Below are positions 10,336 to 20,957 of a DNA stretch of 64,000 nt, in pieces. Under the pieces are notes generated by a model that worked only from the letters and a program-made list of their open reading frames with translations, was not told the origin of the DNA and ran no database searches. The stretch spans positions 1,459-65,458 of the forward strand of contig DXHA01000006.1 in the NCBI GenBank assembly GCA_019113675.1, given 5' to 3'. Positions within the stretch are counted from its first letter, which is position 1. Every line of letters begins with the position of its first letter. Made by a program: the position numbers and the translations under genes. The DNA is from Candidatus Yaniella excrementigallinarum. Its GTDB lineage: Bacteria > Actinomycetota > Actinomycetes > Actinomycetales > Micrococcaceae.

Positions 10336-10372
10336 CGTACGATCCCTTTCGCCCAAGAAACCTGGCCTATTA

Positions 10373-11242
10373 TTATGCGGCTAAGGCATGCTGTAGACCA
10401 GCGCGCATGCGCTCTCGGTTGGCTGTCAACCCGGTTTGGAGTTCAAATGTATCAGCGGCCTGCTCCACCAACATCGCGGTCCCATTAACAGTGTGGCAAC
10501 CTAATGACTGCGCGTGGTTGAGCAGCTGCGTTTCGACCGGGCGGTAGATGACGTCAGCAACCCACTGTCTAGAATTGAGCAGTTGGAGCGCAAACGGGGT
10601 GCCCGGTAAGTGTTCCATACCGATCGGTGTTGCGTTGACGACAGCGTCTGCCGTTGGAACCCAGGCCTGGGCCATGTTTGGCTCGCCGGTGTGCAGCTCA
10701 ACCCCCTCGGACAGTATGTCAACCAGTTGGGAATACAGCCCGTCGCGTTGCACCGGCTGCGGATCGACTACATACAAACGTTGCACGCCGTAGTCTAATA
10801 GCGCACTGGCCACAGCGGCACCTGCACCGCCGGCTCCGAAAAGTACAGCAGTGTGGCGCGGTGCATCCGCGGGCAGCATATTGTGCAATCCGGCAAGGAA
10901 CCCACTGTGGTCTGTATTGTGGCCGATCCAGCCTGCTGCGGTGTGGATAATATTATTGACGGCGCCCAACTTTCGGGCAGTGTTAGACAGACCATCAAGG
11001 TGAGCGATCACGTGTTGTTTATGCGGGTGTGTCACGTTGAACCCGGTGAAGTCCCCTGCGGCCTGTTGGTGAATGATGGGGCCGAGTTGATCTTCAGCAT
11101 CCAGGTGGCCTGCCAAATCGATGAGATCGTAGTGAAAGTCATCTAAGCCTTGAGCTTTAGCTTCGGCGCTGTGGATCATCGGCGATAGCGATGTTGCAAT
11201 ATGTTCCCCGATGAGTCCGATGCGGTATCTTTGTGGGCTCAT
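10373..11242 (-). CDS. aroE: Shikimate/quinate 5-dehydrogenase (AroE/YdiB family)
   Basis: Family motifs are present: SLSPMIH, NVTHPHK, GAVNN, GHNTD and GAGGAG. The start at 11242 forms an ATGA overlap with the upstream MFS stop. Confidence 0.8.
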   Translation of the reverse strand: MSPQRYRIGLIGEHIATSLSPMIHSAEAKAQGLDDFHYDLIDLAGHLDAEDQLGPIIHQQAAGDFTGFNVTHPHKQHVIAHLDGLSNTARKLGAVNNIIHTAAGWIGHNTDHSGFLAGLHNMLPADAPRHTAVLFGAGGAGAAVASALLDYGVQRLYVVDPQPVQRDGLYSQLVDILSEGVELHTGEPNMAQAWVPTADAVVNATPIGMEHLPGTPFALQLLNSRQWVADVIYRPVETQLLNHAQSLGCHTVNGTAMLVEQAADTFELQTGLTANRERMRAGLQHALAA

Positions 11243-12612
11243 TTGGTCTTCACAGCCTTGCCTAGTTCGGAGGTTGGGGTGCGATAGGTTTCCGGGCCGG
11301 TCATAAAAGCAATGGCGGAACCGAAGGTAAAGATCGCACACATGATAGCAACCGGTATCCAGTTACTTGAGTCGCCACCGGTAAGCATGGTGCCAATGGC
11401 CGGGGTAAAACCAGAAACCAGCAGGCCGAGCATCAGTCCAATGGCCATACCGGAATAGCGAACCTTTGCCGGAAATTGCTCTGGGAATGCGGCAAAGTAG
11501 ATGCCGTTTGCGGCGGCGTATAGGCCGCCCATCATCACGATCGAAGAGATGAAGATCAAAACAGTGTTTCCGGTGCTAATGGACCACAAAAAGACGAACA
11601 TCATGATGCCGGAACCAGCAGCTCCGCCAACAAATACTGGTTTGCGGCCAATCTTATCGGCCAGCAGGCCGTAGAGCGGCTGAGTAATAACAGCAGCGAA
11701 ATTGGATACGGCAATCGCTGCCAACATGGTTGTACGTTCAACGCCGCTGTGTTCAACAGCAAATGAGAGCGCAAAGACGTTAACCATAGTGTTAATCATG
11801 GCAAAGGTTGACGAGCAGGTCACCCGGATTAGTGGTGCCAGGTTATCGCGGAATAAGGCTACCACTGGGATTTCTGGTTTTTGCTCTTCTTCTTTGACTT
11901 CTTCAAAGGCCTCTGGCTCTTCCAGGTTGCGGCGCATCCAAATTGCAAAGATGGTTAGGATGACACTGATCAGGAAGGGTACTCGCCAGCCCCAGCTAAA
12001 GAGCTTGTCGTCTGGCAGCATAGCCACCGGAATGAATACGAGTGTTGCCAACACAATGCCGAGCATGATGCCTGATGCGGTGAAGCTAGCAAAAAAGGAC
12101 CGACGATATTCGGGTGCATGCTCAACAGATAGCGAGGCGGCTCCAGGAGATTCACCGCCGGCACTAAGCCCCTGGCACAACCGTAGAAAGACGAGCATGA
12201 TCGGAGCCAACACTCCAACCTGTTCATAGGTTGGCAGAATACCGATCAAGAAAGTAGCCACCCCCATCAGCAGCAGCACAGCCATCAGAGTTTTCTTACG
12301 ACCAAAACGATCTCCAAGGTGGCCCCACATGACTGCGCCAAGAGGACGGGCTACGTAGGCGACGCCAAGTGTAGAGATCGACAGCAGCAACGAGTTTACG
12401 CCGTCACCGGGAAAGAAAATATGTGAGAACACCAGCGCTGCTGCAGAACCGTAAATGAAAAAATCGTAGTACTCCAGCGCACTGCCTAGGAAGCCTGACA
12501 TTGCTGCGCGTTTTGCCTGCGGAGTGACAGTTGTTGCGTTGCGTACACGGGGGTCTACTCCACGTGCATGTGCGCCATGTGATGCCTGAGAAGATGTGAT
12601 GTTGGAAGTCAT
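11239..12612 (-). CDS. MFS transporter, metabolite:H+ symporter (MHS) type, possible shikimate/quinate uptake
   Basis: 457 aa with 12 hydrophobic segments. MHS-like N-terminus ([20 protein letters not shown]) and GDRFGRK motif. It is translationally coupled to the dehydrogenase. Confidence 0.75.
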   Translation of the reverse strand: MTSNITSSQASHGAHARGVDPRVRNATTVTPQAKRAAMSGFLGSALEYYDFFIYGSAAALVFSHIFFPGDGVNSLLLSISTLGVAYVARPLGAVMWGHLGDRFGRKKTLMAVLLLMGVATFLIGILPTYEQVGVLAPIMLVFLRLCQGLSAGGESPGAASLSVEHAPEYRRSFFASFTASGIMLGIVLATLVFIPVAMLPDDKLFSWGWRVPFLISVILTIFAIWMRRNLEEPEAFEEVKEEEQKPEIPVVALFRDNLAPLIRVTCSSTFAMINTMVNVFALSFAVEHSGVERTTMLAAIAVSNFAAVITQPLYGLLADKIGRKPVFVGGAAGSGIMMFVFLWSISTGNTVLIFISSIVMMGGLYAAANGIYFAAFPEQFPAKVRYSGMAIGLMLGLLVSGFTPAIGTMLTGGDSSNWIPVAIMCAIFTFGSAIAFMTGPETYRTPTSELGKAVKTK

Positions 12613-12686
12613 GGTGGTGGTCCTTTCAGTGCTCCTTAATGGAGATCACTACTTAGTGTGGCGGAACACACCAAGTTTGTCCACGA

Positions 12687-12707
12687 CTTAGTTAGTCTAA
12701 AACTAAG
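12687..12707. promoter_or_regulatory. Candidate LysR-type operator (CTTAGT-N9-ACTAAG, T-N11-A architecture)
   Basis: Perfect 6-bp inverted repeat in the 103-bp spacer between the LysR stop and the MFS start. Confidence 0.4.
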
Positions 12708-12715
12708 AGAAAAAT

Positions 12716-13612
12716 CTACATAATATGGTCTTCCAGAACCTCGCTCGCAATTTCCAAAAATGCATCGCGCGCAACAGAACCACCCCGCTTCGACCACGCC
12801 AAACCGTGGTTCATGTACACCGGATCGCCTCCCAGAGACACGAATGTCGTTCCGGGAGGCACAACCGGTTTGACTCCGTCTGGCAGGTAGGCCACCCCCA
12901 CCCCCGCTGCCACAAGCATCATACCCATATACGGGTCGGTGATCTGCTGTGAAATGAAGGGCTGAAAACCGGCTTCAGCACAGGCCCGCATGGTGTCGTC
13001 ATAGAGCACCGATCCTGCACCAATTGGAGGAGTAATAAAAGGATCCTCGGCGAACATAGATAGTTCCGGATGGTCGGCGTGTGCCAACGGATGTTCAATA
13101 GGTACGACCATGCCGAAGCGTTCCCGAAATAGTAAGCGAGTTTCGGTACGAGTCGATTCCGTAGGCAGACCCACAAACGCCAGATCCAAGGTTCCGGCGT
13201 CCAACTGGGCAATGGCATCTTGAGTCATCACGCGCCCTACCAGTGATAGCTCAATTTGCGGATACGTGTCCCTGACTGCGCGAGTAAACTTTAGTAGGGC
13301 ACGATGGTTGAGCACACCAGTGAACCCAAATGTCAGTTTTCCATAGACCTTACCGTCTGGATCTTTCACCGAACGCTGGGCCAGTTCCACTTCTTCAAGC
13401 ACTGCTCTAGCATGCGGCAAAAAGGAGTGCCCTGCCGCAGTGAGTTCAACCGAACGGGTGCTGCGAATAAAAAGTTTCGTTCCCAACGAGCGTTCGAGTT
13501 TGCGGATCACTTGACTCAGTGGAGATTGCGCCATGCGCAATCGTATCGCTGCGTTACCGAAGTGCAATTCTTCGGCTACCGCGATAAATGCTTCCAACCA
13601 CCGGATTTCCAT
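12716..13612 (-). CDS. LysR family transcriptional regulator
   Basis: It starts MEIRWLEAFIAVAEELHFGNAA, a typical LysR HTH. 298 aa with a substrate-binding domain. Confidence 0.9.
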   Translation of the reverse strand: MEIRWLEAFIAVAEELHFGNAAIRLRMAQSPLSQVIRKLERSLGTKLFIRSTRSVELTAAGHSFLPHARAVLEEVELAQRSVKDPDGKVYGKLTFGFTGVLNHRALLKFTRAVRDTYPQIELSLVGRVMTQDAIAQLDAGTLDLAFVGLPTESTRTETRLLFRERFGMVVPIEHPLAHADHPELSMFAEDPFITPPIGAGSVLYDDTMRACAEAGFQPFISQQITDPYMGMMLVAAGVGVAYLPDGVKPVVPPGTTFVSLGGDPVYMNHGLAWSKRGGSVARDAFLEIASEVLEDHIM

Positions 13613-13685
13613 ATCGCGCTTTCCCTTTATTGTGATATTGCGTAGGTTTTCTCAGTAAGGCCACACCATCATGTCACGTCCCTAA

Positions 13686-14414
13686 CTAATAGGTGGCCCG
13701 GCCACCTGATAGGTCATACACAGCTCCGGTCGAATAGCTGCATCGACGGGAGGATAACCAGGCGATAAGCTCGGCGACTTCACGTGGCGTACCCGCGCGT
13801 CCCATCGGGATGCGCTGCATCAAGCGTCGGTGAGTACGTGGATCCATCTGTTGGTTCAAGGCTGTAGAAATAATGGCCGGAGCAACCGCATTAACTAGTA
13901 TGCCATCGCTGGCCAGCTCTTTCGCTAATGACTTTGTCATGCCAATCGTCGCAGCTTTAGAAGCTGAATAGGCGGACTGGTATGCGTTACCCTCTTTTCC
14001 GGCGATGCTAGCCAAGTTCACTATTCGTCCCCAACCGCTAGCGACCATGTCAGGACCAAAATACTTACATATCAAAAAGCTACCGTCGACATTGACTCGA
14101 AAAGTATTTTGCCACTGCTCATAAGTTGTCTCAGCCAACGTCGTTTCTGGTCCCTGAACCCCAGCGGAATTCACAACAATATTTACCACCTGTCCTCTGG
14201 ACTGTATATCGTTGAGCATATTGGCGACTTGTGCTTCGTCGGTAATGTCGCATTGAAAATCTGCTCCCGGTGTCATATCAACCGTGAGCACCTGTACCCC
14301 TCGTTCGCGCAAAATATCAGCACATGCCGCGCCGATTCCTCCATTACCGCCAGTAATCAATGCTAGAGCGTCTGCAGGGTATTCGGATGTTTTGGTTGAA
14401 TGTGGTGCTGTCAA
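13686..14414 (-). CDS. SDR family oxidoreductase (FabG-like)
   Basis: TGGNGGIG cofactor motif, NSAG, and catalytic YSASK. TTG start. Confidence 0.85.
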   Translation of the reverse strand: MTAPHSTKTSEYPADALALITGGNGGIGAACADILRERGVQVLTVDMTPGADFQCDITDEAQVANMLNDIQSRGQVVNIVVNSAGVQGPETTLAETTYEQWQNTFRVNVDGSFLICKYFGPDMVASGWGRIVNLASIAGKEGNAYQSAYSASKAATIGMTKSLAKELASDGILVNAVAPAIISTALNQQMDPRTHRRLMQRIPMGRAGTPREVAELIAWLSSRRCSYSTGAVYDLSGGRATY

Positions 14415-14493
14415 TTTATTTCACTTTCTCTAGGACACTAGGGGACACGACATCAGCCCTAGCATGGTGGTCTTGGTGTTCTAAGCTGTAGGG

Positions 14494-15381
14494 ATGGAGC
14501 AAACGAGTCTGCTGAATCAAACTGCGCTGTTATTCGAGGGCGGCGGCATGCGAGCCTCCTATACTTCGGGCATGGTGGTGGCCCTATTGGAAGCCGGGAT
14601 TCACGCACCATTTGTTGCCGGTATTTCGGCAGGTGCTTCCAATACCGCCAATTATCTTTCCAATGATGGCCCACGAGCGCGGAAGTCATTCACGGATTTC
14701 GCTGCCGATCCGAATTTTGGAGATTGGCGCACGTTTTTACGCGGCAAGGGCTTATTTCACGCCGAATATATTTACGAGCACGCCGGCCACCAAGGAATGC
14801 CCTTGGAGTTTGATTGGCCAACGTTTCATAGCAATCCAGCACAGTTTCGTGTTGGTGGCTTCGATATTTTTTCCGGCGAAACAGTGTGGTGGGGCAACGA
14901 AGATACCCCAACCATGCCGGATTTGATGCGCCGAGTCCGAGCTTCTTCCACTATGCCCATTATCATGCCACCTGTAGAAATTGATGGCCGGACTTACGTT
15001 GATGGTGCCCTAGGTACCGATGGTGGGGTACCAATTAGCATTGCTGAACAACTCGGCTATGAGCGGTTTCTGATTGTCCTGACGCGCGAGTGTGACTATC
15101 GCAAACACCCGGAGCGATTTCCGCGCTTTTATTTGCGGTATTTTCGGAAATACCCGGCAGTTGCCGATGCCTTATTGACCAGGTGGTGGCGGTATAACCA
15201 GACCAAGGAATATCTTTTTGAATTACAGGCCCAGGGCAAAGCCTACCTGTTTATCCCTGAAGTCATGCCGGTGGCCAATGGCGAGCGCGACGTGGCTAAG
15301 CTCAATGCCGCCCATGAACTCGGTCTGGCTCAGGCGCGCCGTGAGCTACCAGCAATCCAAGAATTCCTCGGCCTAAAATAA
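14494..15381 (+). CDS. Patatin-like phospholipase family protein
   Basis: It has the oxyanion GGGMRA, the nucleophile elbow GISAGA, and DGAL(G) carrying the catalytic Asp. Confidence 0.8.
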   Translation: MEQTSLLNQTALLFEGGGMRASYTSGMVVALLEAGIHAPFVAGISAGASNTANYLSNDGPRARKSFTDFAADPNFGDWRTFLRGKGLFHAEYIYEHAGHQGMPLEFDWPTFHSNPAQFRVGGFDIFSGETVWWGNEDTPTMPDLMRRVRASSTMPIIMPPVEIDGRTYVDGALGTDGGVPISIAEQLGYERFLIVLTRECDYRKHPERFPRFYLRYFRKYPAVADALLTRWWRYNQTKEYLFELQAQGKAYLFIPEVMPVANGERDVAKLNAAHELGLAQARRELPAIQEFLGLK

Positions 15382-15388
15382 ACCAACC

Positions 15389-15432
15389 GGTCTGCTGTTG
15401 GTCACTTGTTCACCGTGCCCAACAGCAGTACC
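15389..15432. terminator. Stem-loop between convergent genes (CTGCTGTTGG ... CCAACAGCAG)
   Basis: Perfect 10-bp stem (15392-15401 / 15419-15428) with a 17-nt loop. There is no clear U-tract, so it may act bidirectionally. Confidence 0.45.
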
Positions 15433-15435
15433 GCA

Positions 15436-17220
15436 TTAGATGCCGGTGGTGGTCACTTCGTAGTCGGTCACCCCGGCTAGGTCTCGTCCGGCAATGTAGC
15501 CGAAAGTTAACGCTGGTCCGATATTAACGCCACCGGATGGATACTTGCCACGCATAATCGACACCATGTCATTACCGGCTGTATACAGCCCCGCAATTGG
15601 TTGTCCGTCGCGAGACACGACCCGTGCTTTGGTATCCGCAGCGATGCCTGCGAAGGTACCAAACGACCCGGGGCGTACATGCACCGCATAAAAGGGGCCC
15701 TTTTCGATTGGCGCCAGACTCGGGTTTGGTTCAACTTTCGGGTCGCCACCGTAACGATTGAAGTTGGTGGCGCCGCGCTGGAATTCTGGGTCCTCCCCAC
15801 GGCGGGCGTTAGCGTTAAATTCCTGAACAGTTTTGGCCAGCTGTACCGGGTCGATACCGGTTTTCAACGCAAGTTCTTCTAAGGTCTTGGCTTTGATCAG
15901 ATACCCGCTGCGGATATAAGGCAACAGTGGGATCGGGATGGGTTTGGCAAAGCCCAACGGATATTTGCGCACAAAGGTGGAATCAGCGATCTGCCAGGCT
16001 TCTACCGGCTCGTTAGCCTGGGTGGCGTTCATCATCCCGTCAACGTAATCAAAATAACCGTTGGCTTCATTAACGAAACGTTTACCGTCCTTACGTACTC
16101 CGATTGAGCCTGGCTTGGCGCGGTCCATGATGTGTGGAAACACCCCGGTGTTGTTATTGGGATACGGCACCAGCGATACCGGGCACCACGCAGCCGGAGA
16201 GTACACCTCAGTGTCCAGATATCCACCGGCAGCCGCAGCCATATCGGCCCCTGAACCATCGGCTTCTTCTGGAGCCAGTGTCCAGTGTTCATTGCCACTT
16301 GGGGTATGGGGGAAATATTTACGACGACGATCCACATCGGCCGGGAATCCACCGGTAGCCAGTACAACACCGCGTTTGGCACGAATGATGCATCCGCCGT
16401 CAGGGGTACCAACTATCGCACCGACGACGCGGCCGTCATCGTTGACGATCAAGTGTTGGGCTTCGGTTTTCACACGGATATCAACGCCCACATTTTCTGC
16501 CGATTGGATCAACCGTCCAATCAGAGCGGTGCCGTTGACAAGTTGCATACTGCGCTGGTGGGTGGCCATATCCCAAACGTGCGGGATGACCCGCGAAGCC
16601 GAGTACGCCCAACCTTTTGGCGATAGTTGCGAGGCGGACAGGATATTCTGCAAATCCGGTCCAGCCATGATGCCCATGCCCAAAAATGAGGTCGGGTAGT
16701 ACTGGTTGTTGAGCTTTTTGAGCGCCGATTTAGACAGTTTGCGGGCGTTAATGGGTTTGGGACCAACTGAACGATTACCAGTTCCGGCACCAGGTAGGTC
16801 ACCGTAGATGTCGTTAATTTTTGCCCCGGTAACGAATTGCAGTGCGGTTTGGTAGTGAAAGAAATCCACCATGTGAGGTACGGCTTCTAAAAAGGCATCA
16901 ATCATTTCGGCGGCAGATTCTGTGTACAACTCGCCCAACACACCGCGCAAGTAGGTGCGAAATTCTTCAACGTCTTCATCAACACCTTCGGCTTTGGCCA
17001 GTGATGTGCCTGGGGTCCAGGCCCAGCCGCCGGAACGCGAGGTTGCACCGCCACAAGCGCCAGACTGTTCAGCCAGGATGACATCCAGTCCGTGGTAGGC
17101 GGCAGTCGTGGCTGCAGAGAAGCCGCCGGCCCCTCCCCCAACAACCAACACGTCGGTGTGCTGGATCGGTAGTTCGGGCAATTCGTCGAGGTGGTAGACG
17201 CCAAGTTCGGATTGAGTCAA
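15436..17220 (-). CDS. FAD-dependent oxidoreductase (KstD / fumarate reductase flavoprotein-like), paralog B
   Basis: DVLVVGGGAGGFSAA dinucleotide fold and C-terminal GLYTAGND. It is clearly similar to paralog C along its length. TTG start with GGAAGG upstream. Confidence 0.8.
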   Translation of the reverse strand: MTQSELGVYHLDELPELPIQHTDVLVVGGGAGGFSAATTAAYHGLDVILAEQSGACGGATSRSGGWAWTPGTSLAKAEGVDEDVEEFRTYLRGVLGELYTESAAEMIDAFLEAVPHMVDFFHYQTALQFVTGAKINDIYGDLPGAGTGNRSVGPKPINARKLSKSALKKLNNQYYPTSFLGMGIMAGPDLQNILSASQLSPKGWAYSASRVIPHVWDMATHQRSMQLVNGTALIGRLIQSAENVGVDIRVKTEAQHLIVNDDGRVVGAIVGTPDGGCIIRAKRGVVLATGGFPADVDRRRKYFPHTPSGNEHWTLAPEEADGSGADMAAAAGGYLDTEVYSPAAWCPVSLVPYPNNNTGVFPHIMDRAKPGSIGVRKDGKRFVNEANGYFDYVDGMMNATQANEPVEAWQIADSTFVRKYPLGFAKPIPIPLLPYIRSGYLIKAKTLEELALKTGIDPVQLAKTVQEFNANARRGEDPEFQRGATNFNRYGGDPKVEPNPSLAPIEKGPFYAVHVRPGSFGTFAGIAADTKARVVSRDGQPIAGLYTAGNDMVSIMRGKYPSGGVNIGPALTFGYIAGRDLAGVTDYEVTTTGI

Positions 17221-17243
17221 AGTTCTTGCCTTCCTAGAAATGC

Positions 17244-18089
17244 TTAGTGACCGTATTGATCGGCATCGAGCCGAGCACGTGAGCCGTTGTCTAATGCGTT
17301 AATGGCGGTGATCTCGTCGTCGGTAAGAACGAAATCGAAGAGTTCAAGGTTTTGTTGTTGACGCCCCGCATTAGCCGACCGTGGCACCACGATGCGTCCT
17401 TGTTGGACATGCCAGCGCAACACAATTTGGTGTTCAGTTTTACCGTAGCGTTGTGCGGCATCGCGCAACACCGGAAATTCTTGCAGGTTCAGATCACGGC
17501 CGGTGGGCGAATAAGCACCAACCATAATGTTGTGTTCAGCATTGGCCGCCAGGTAATCAGGTTGGCCGGCTAATGGGTCAATCTGGATTTGGTTGAGGGG
17601 AATTTGAAGTCCCGCATTCGCTACTGCCTGAAGGTGGGCGGGTTTGAAATTGGACACGCCCCAGGCGCGAATCAGCCCGGTATCGACGAGTTCTACCAAC
17701 GAGGCACACGTTTGTACGTAATTGCCCAGTTGCGGATTTGGCCAGTGAATCAGCATCAAATCAAGGTACTCGAGACCGGTTTCGCTAAGGCTGTGTTCGA
17801 TCCCGGCACGCACGGATGCAACGTCACCAAAATATGCATTGACCAGTTTCGTGGTCACAAACAGTTTGTCGCGTGGTATTGAGGCTTGACGGATTGCTTT
17901 ACCCACGGCGTCTTCATTGCCGTATTTTTGGGCGGTATCAATGTGGCGGTAACCGTTGTCGATGGCCATGGCCACCATGTCGGTGGATTCTTTACCGGTT
18001 AGTGGCCAGGTGCCCAGCCCAATCTGTGGGATTTGGACACCGGAGACACCGGTGCCGGTCAGCATGAGGTTTGGAACAGACGTAGTCAC
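17244..18089 (-). CDS. Aldo/keto reductase (2,5-diketo-D-gluconate reductase-like)
   Basis: AKR motifs are present: IGLGTW, GYRHIDTAQKYGNE, and LMLIHWP. GTGA overlap with the upstream gene. Confidence 0.85.
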   Translation of the reverse strand: MTTSVPNLMLTGTGVSGVQIPQIGLGTWPLTGKESTDMVAMAIDNGYRHIDTAQKYGNEDAVGKAIRQASIPRDKLFVTTKLVNAYFGDVASVRAGIEHSLSETGLEYLDLMLIHWPNPQLGNYVQTCASLVELVDTGLIRAWGVSNFKPAHLQAVANAGLQIPLNQIQIDPLAGQPDYLAANAEHNIMVGAYSPTGRDLNLQEFPVLRDAAQRYGKTEHQIVLRWHVQQGRIVVPRSANAGRQQQNLELFDFVLTDDEITAINALDNGSRARLDADQYGH

Positions 18090-18949
18090 AATGCTCCTTT
18101 ATCCTGTTGAGTTCCTGCCGTGGTATCAAGCTGTTCCAGCAGGTTATAAGCGGTGGCATATAAGTGTTGTACCCATTGTTTCGGGGACATGGACGCCTGC
18201 ATGGCACTATTGGGGGTCTCCACCGACACCGGCAACACCGGTAATGTTCCCCGACCTGAATCTAGGGCTGACACCATGTCTGCTAAATCCACTCCCCCTT
18301 CACCGGCTGGTAGTCGGCCGCTGCGGGACTCTTCGACCAGCCCCTCACGGGTTGTTGGTTGTTGTGTGGTGGCATCACACAACTGGATCATCGGCACCAG
18401 TGGGGCCGCATCTCGAAGATCTTGTAGCGTGGCACCGAAACGGGCCGCATGCAGGGTGTCAATAAGTACGCTCACACCGGTTTGTTCGGCAATGTCGACG
18501 GCTTGTGGATACGAGTTGACTGCCTGGTAGCTAATGGCCTCTAAAGCCGGGGTGACGCCGTAGGGTTTGGCGTCGTCGACCATTTGTCCCAAGGTATCGA
18601 TGACTCGTGCCTGCTCGGTATCGGCTACGGCCACCGTCATAGATTCCGCGCCCAGGGCCTGAGCGGCCTCAAACATTTGTATCCACGCCTGGCGTTGATC
18701 GCTGCCATCCAGCAGCAAAAATTCGGTGTCTTTGACTTCAATACCCGTATCAGCCATCCGAGCGAGGGTTTCATCCAGCATTGGAGAACCAGGTTGCAGA
18801 TTAAACGCCGTTTCGTCAGCGGTGACCGGCCGGACGCGGATACCTACGAAATCAAAACCGGCCTCTGCTGCCAGCTCGATAAGTTGTGGTGGTTCGGTGG
18901 TCAATGATGATAGTGCTGCCAGACCCAGAGGGCGGGCGTGTTGTGTCAT
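18086..18949 (-). CDS. Sugar phosphate isomerase/epimerase (xylose isomerase-like TIM barrel)
   Basis: 287 aa with an AP-endonuclease-2/TIM-barrel-like pattern (GFDFVGIRV..., ...DTLH...). It sits between Gfo/Idh/MocA and AKR genes. Confidence 0.6.
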   Translation of the reverse strand: MTQHARPLGLAALSSLTTEPPQLIELAAEAGFDFVGIRVRPVTADETAFNLQPGSPMLDETLARMADTGIEVKDTEFLLLDGSDQRQAWIQMFEAAQALGAESMTVAVADTEQARVIDTLGQMVDDAKPYGVTPALEAISYQAVNSYPQAVDIAEQTGVSVLIDTLHAARFGATLQDLRDAAPLVPMIQLCDATTQQPTTREGLVEESRSGRLPAGEGGVDLADMVSALDSGRGTLPVLPVSVETPNSAMQASMSPKQWVQHLYATAYNLLEQLDTTAGTQQDKGAL

Positions 18950-18951
18950 GG

Positions 18952-20046
18952 TTACGGCTTCACCGGCTTTCCAGTTTCGGAGGATTCATATACTGCCAAT
19001 AAAATGCGCAAGGACTTGGTGGCTTCGTGACCGGTCACGGCGGGTTGGGTGCCTGTGGCAATGGCGTTGACGAAATCTGCCACCTGCCGTTTGTGATACG
19101 GGATCAGCGCGGCATTAATCTCTGATAAAGCTGTATTTGGGTGGGCTTGAGCCGGCCAGGTTGGCTGAGTTTCGATGGCATCGTCTACGCCTCTCACATC
19201 AACGCGACCGGCGGTGCCTTCAGGGAATTCGGTAAGTTGCACGCTGGCCCCGGTCTCACCGGTGATCCGGATTTGGACGCCTAACCCCGGTGTGACAGCG
19301 GTTGATGCCTGCAGGGTGGCCATGGCCCCGCTGGCAAATTTCAGTGTGGCCACCGCAGAGTCTTCGGTCTCCATGTGTTCGTGGTGCGCATAGGTATTGA
19401 CGTGCCCGTAGACTTCGGTGACCTCACCCATAAACCACTGCAGTAAATCGATGTAGTGGATGGCCTGGGTCATCAGCACGCCACCCCCATCTGTCTCCCA
19501 CGAACCGCGCCACGGTGTGGCTGAGTAGTAGCTGGACTCGCGGTGCAATAACACCGAGACGTGCCCGAGAATCGGTTGACCAAGGGTGCCATCAGTAATC
19601 AATGCCTTAACCTGCTGGGCTGCCGGCCAGAATCGTCGTTGATATAAGACGCCTAATTGCACACCTTTGGCCCGGCATGCATCGACCATGCGTAAAGACG
19701 ACCCCGGGGAAATAGCCAAAGGTTTCTCGCACAAAACATGTACGCCGGCTTCAGCTGCCTCAATGACGATAGCCTCATGCGTGGGGTGCGGGGTACATAC
19801 TGAAACAATATCGATACGGCCCAGATCCGCGGGATCATCGGCAGCAGCAAAAAGCTCAGCAGTGCTTGTAAAGGCCCTCGGAATGCCATGTTCTTTGGCG
19901 GTGTGTTGTGCCAGTTCTGCGTTGACGTCACACACCGCGACGATTTCTGCATTCTCTAGTGCACGATAGGCCTCAAGGTGGTTGCGAAAAATCGCTCCTG
20001 TCCCAATGATAGCGATACGCAAATTGGCATGCGGTGTAGCTGGCAT
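18952..20046 (-). CDS. Gfo/Idh/MocA family oxidoreductase
   Basis: N-terminal LRIAIIGTGAIF Rossmann fold, EKPL motif, and a C-terminal alpha/beta domain. Confidence 0.85.
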   Translation of the reverse strand: MPATPHANLRIAIIGTGAIFRNHLEAYRALENAEIVAVCDVNAELAQHTAKEHGIPRAFTSTAELFAAADDPADLGRIDIVSVCTPHPTHEAIVIEAAEAGVHVLCEKPLAISPGSSLRMVDACRAKGVQLGVLYQRRFWPAAQQVKALITDGTLGQPILGHVSVLLHRESSYYSATPWRGSWETDGGGVLMTQAIHYIDLLQWFMGEVTEVYGHVNTYAHHEHMETEDSAVATLKFASGAMATLQASTAVTPGLGVQIRITGETGASVQLTEFPEGTAGRVDVRGVDDAIETQPTWPAQAHPNTALSEINAALIPYHKRQVADFVNAIATGTQPAVTGHEATKSLRILLAVYESSETGKPVKP

Positions 20047-20156
20047 ACAAAAACCCCGGTCTATCGGCTGATGATGTGCACTCGTGGAGATTCTCGCAGG
20101 ATTCTGACTGTAATGCGCGCCACTTCCTACCCAATGGGATTTTTGGCTCCGGGGAC

Positions 20157-20957
20157 TCAGTATTGCGCGAAGTCTTGGAGTTGTTCCGATTGCTGTGCCA
20201 TAACCTGGCTGAGACCTCGTGCGGCGGCCAATAATACTGGCAATTGCACATTCAAGTTGATTTCATCAATGGGCCGAACCACCGACATCGCCCCGACAAC
20301 CCGGTTGCGCCGACCAAAAATGGGGGCCGCTGTACCCGAGGATCCGGCACTGAGGATCTCGGCAACATGCGCCCATCCGTCGTGTTTAACCTGAGCCAGG
20401 CGTTGTTCAAGATCTGTACGAGTCAGCTGCTGAGAAATCACCCCCGGGTCCTTATCGGCCCGGATCAGGTATTGGTCCTGAATATACGGTGGCGAAAACG
20501 CCAACATCACTTGCCCCGGAGCGGTAGACAACACCGGTAACCGGCCGGCTAACGAGGACACGTCGGTGTCATCATGACCGATCGCCAACCGATCAAGGTA
20601 AATGATGGATACATCTGCTGGGTCCAAAATGGCCAGCGACACAGTCTTGCGCAATGTCTGGTGTACGCCTTCAAGGAAAGGCCGGGCCGCAGCCGAGAAG
20701 CTTTGATACACGGTAGAACGATGGGCTAGTTCCCACAGCACCAGTCCCAGCCGATATTTGCCATCCGGTGTGCGAAGTAACAAGCCTTCATCCACCATGG
20801 ATTGCACCATCCGGTGAGCAGTGGAGATGGCAAGATCTGCTCGTTGGGCGACCTGGGTTGCAGATAATATTTGGTGTTCTTCGTCAAATACCCGCAGAAT
20901 CCGTGACACCCGTTGAACGACCGACTCGCCTCGAGAAGAATTTGCCATAGCGCCCAT
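20157..20957 (-). CDS. IclR family transcriptional regulator
   Basis: wHTH ([13 protein letters not shown]...[21 protein letters not shown]) plus an effector domain. It is divergent from flavoprotein paralog C. Confidence 0.85.
   Translation of the reverse strand: MGAMANSSRGESVVQRVSRILRVFDEEHQILSATQVAQRADLAISTAHRMVQSMVDEGLLLRTPDGKYRLGLVLWELAHRSTVYQSFSAAARPFLEGVHQTLRKTVSLAILDPADVSIIYLDRLAIGHDDTDVSSLAGRLPVLSTAPGQVMLAFSPPYIQDQYLIRADKDPGVISQQLTRTDLEQRLAQVKHDGWAHVAEILSAGSSGTAAPIFGRRNRVVGAMSVVRPIDEINLNVQLPVLLAAARGLSQVMAQQSEQLQDFAQY

Noticed and set aside
14494-15381. Patatin-like phospholipase as a possible CBASS or other defence effector.
   Set aside because: There is no cyclase/nucleotidyltransferase, E1/E2/JAB, STING/SAVED or other defence partner nearby. 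It is monocistronic between an SDR gene and a flavoprotein gene, and it has the YjjU-like housekeeping architecture.
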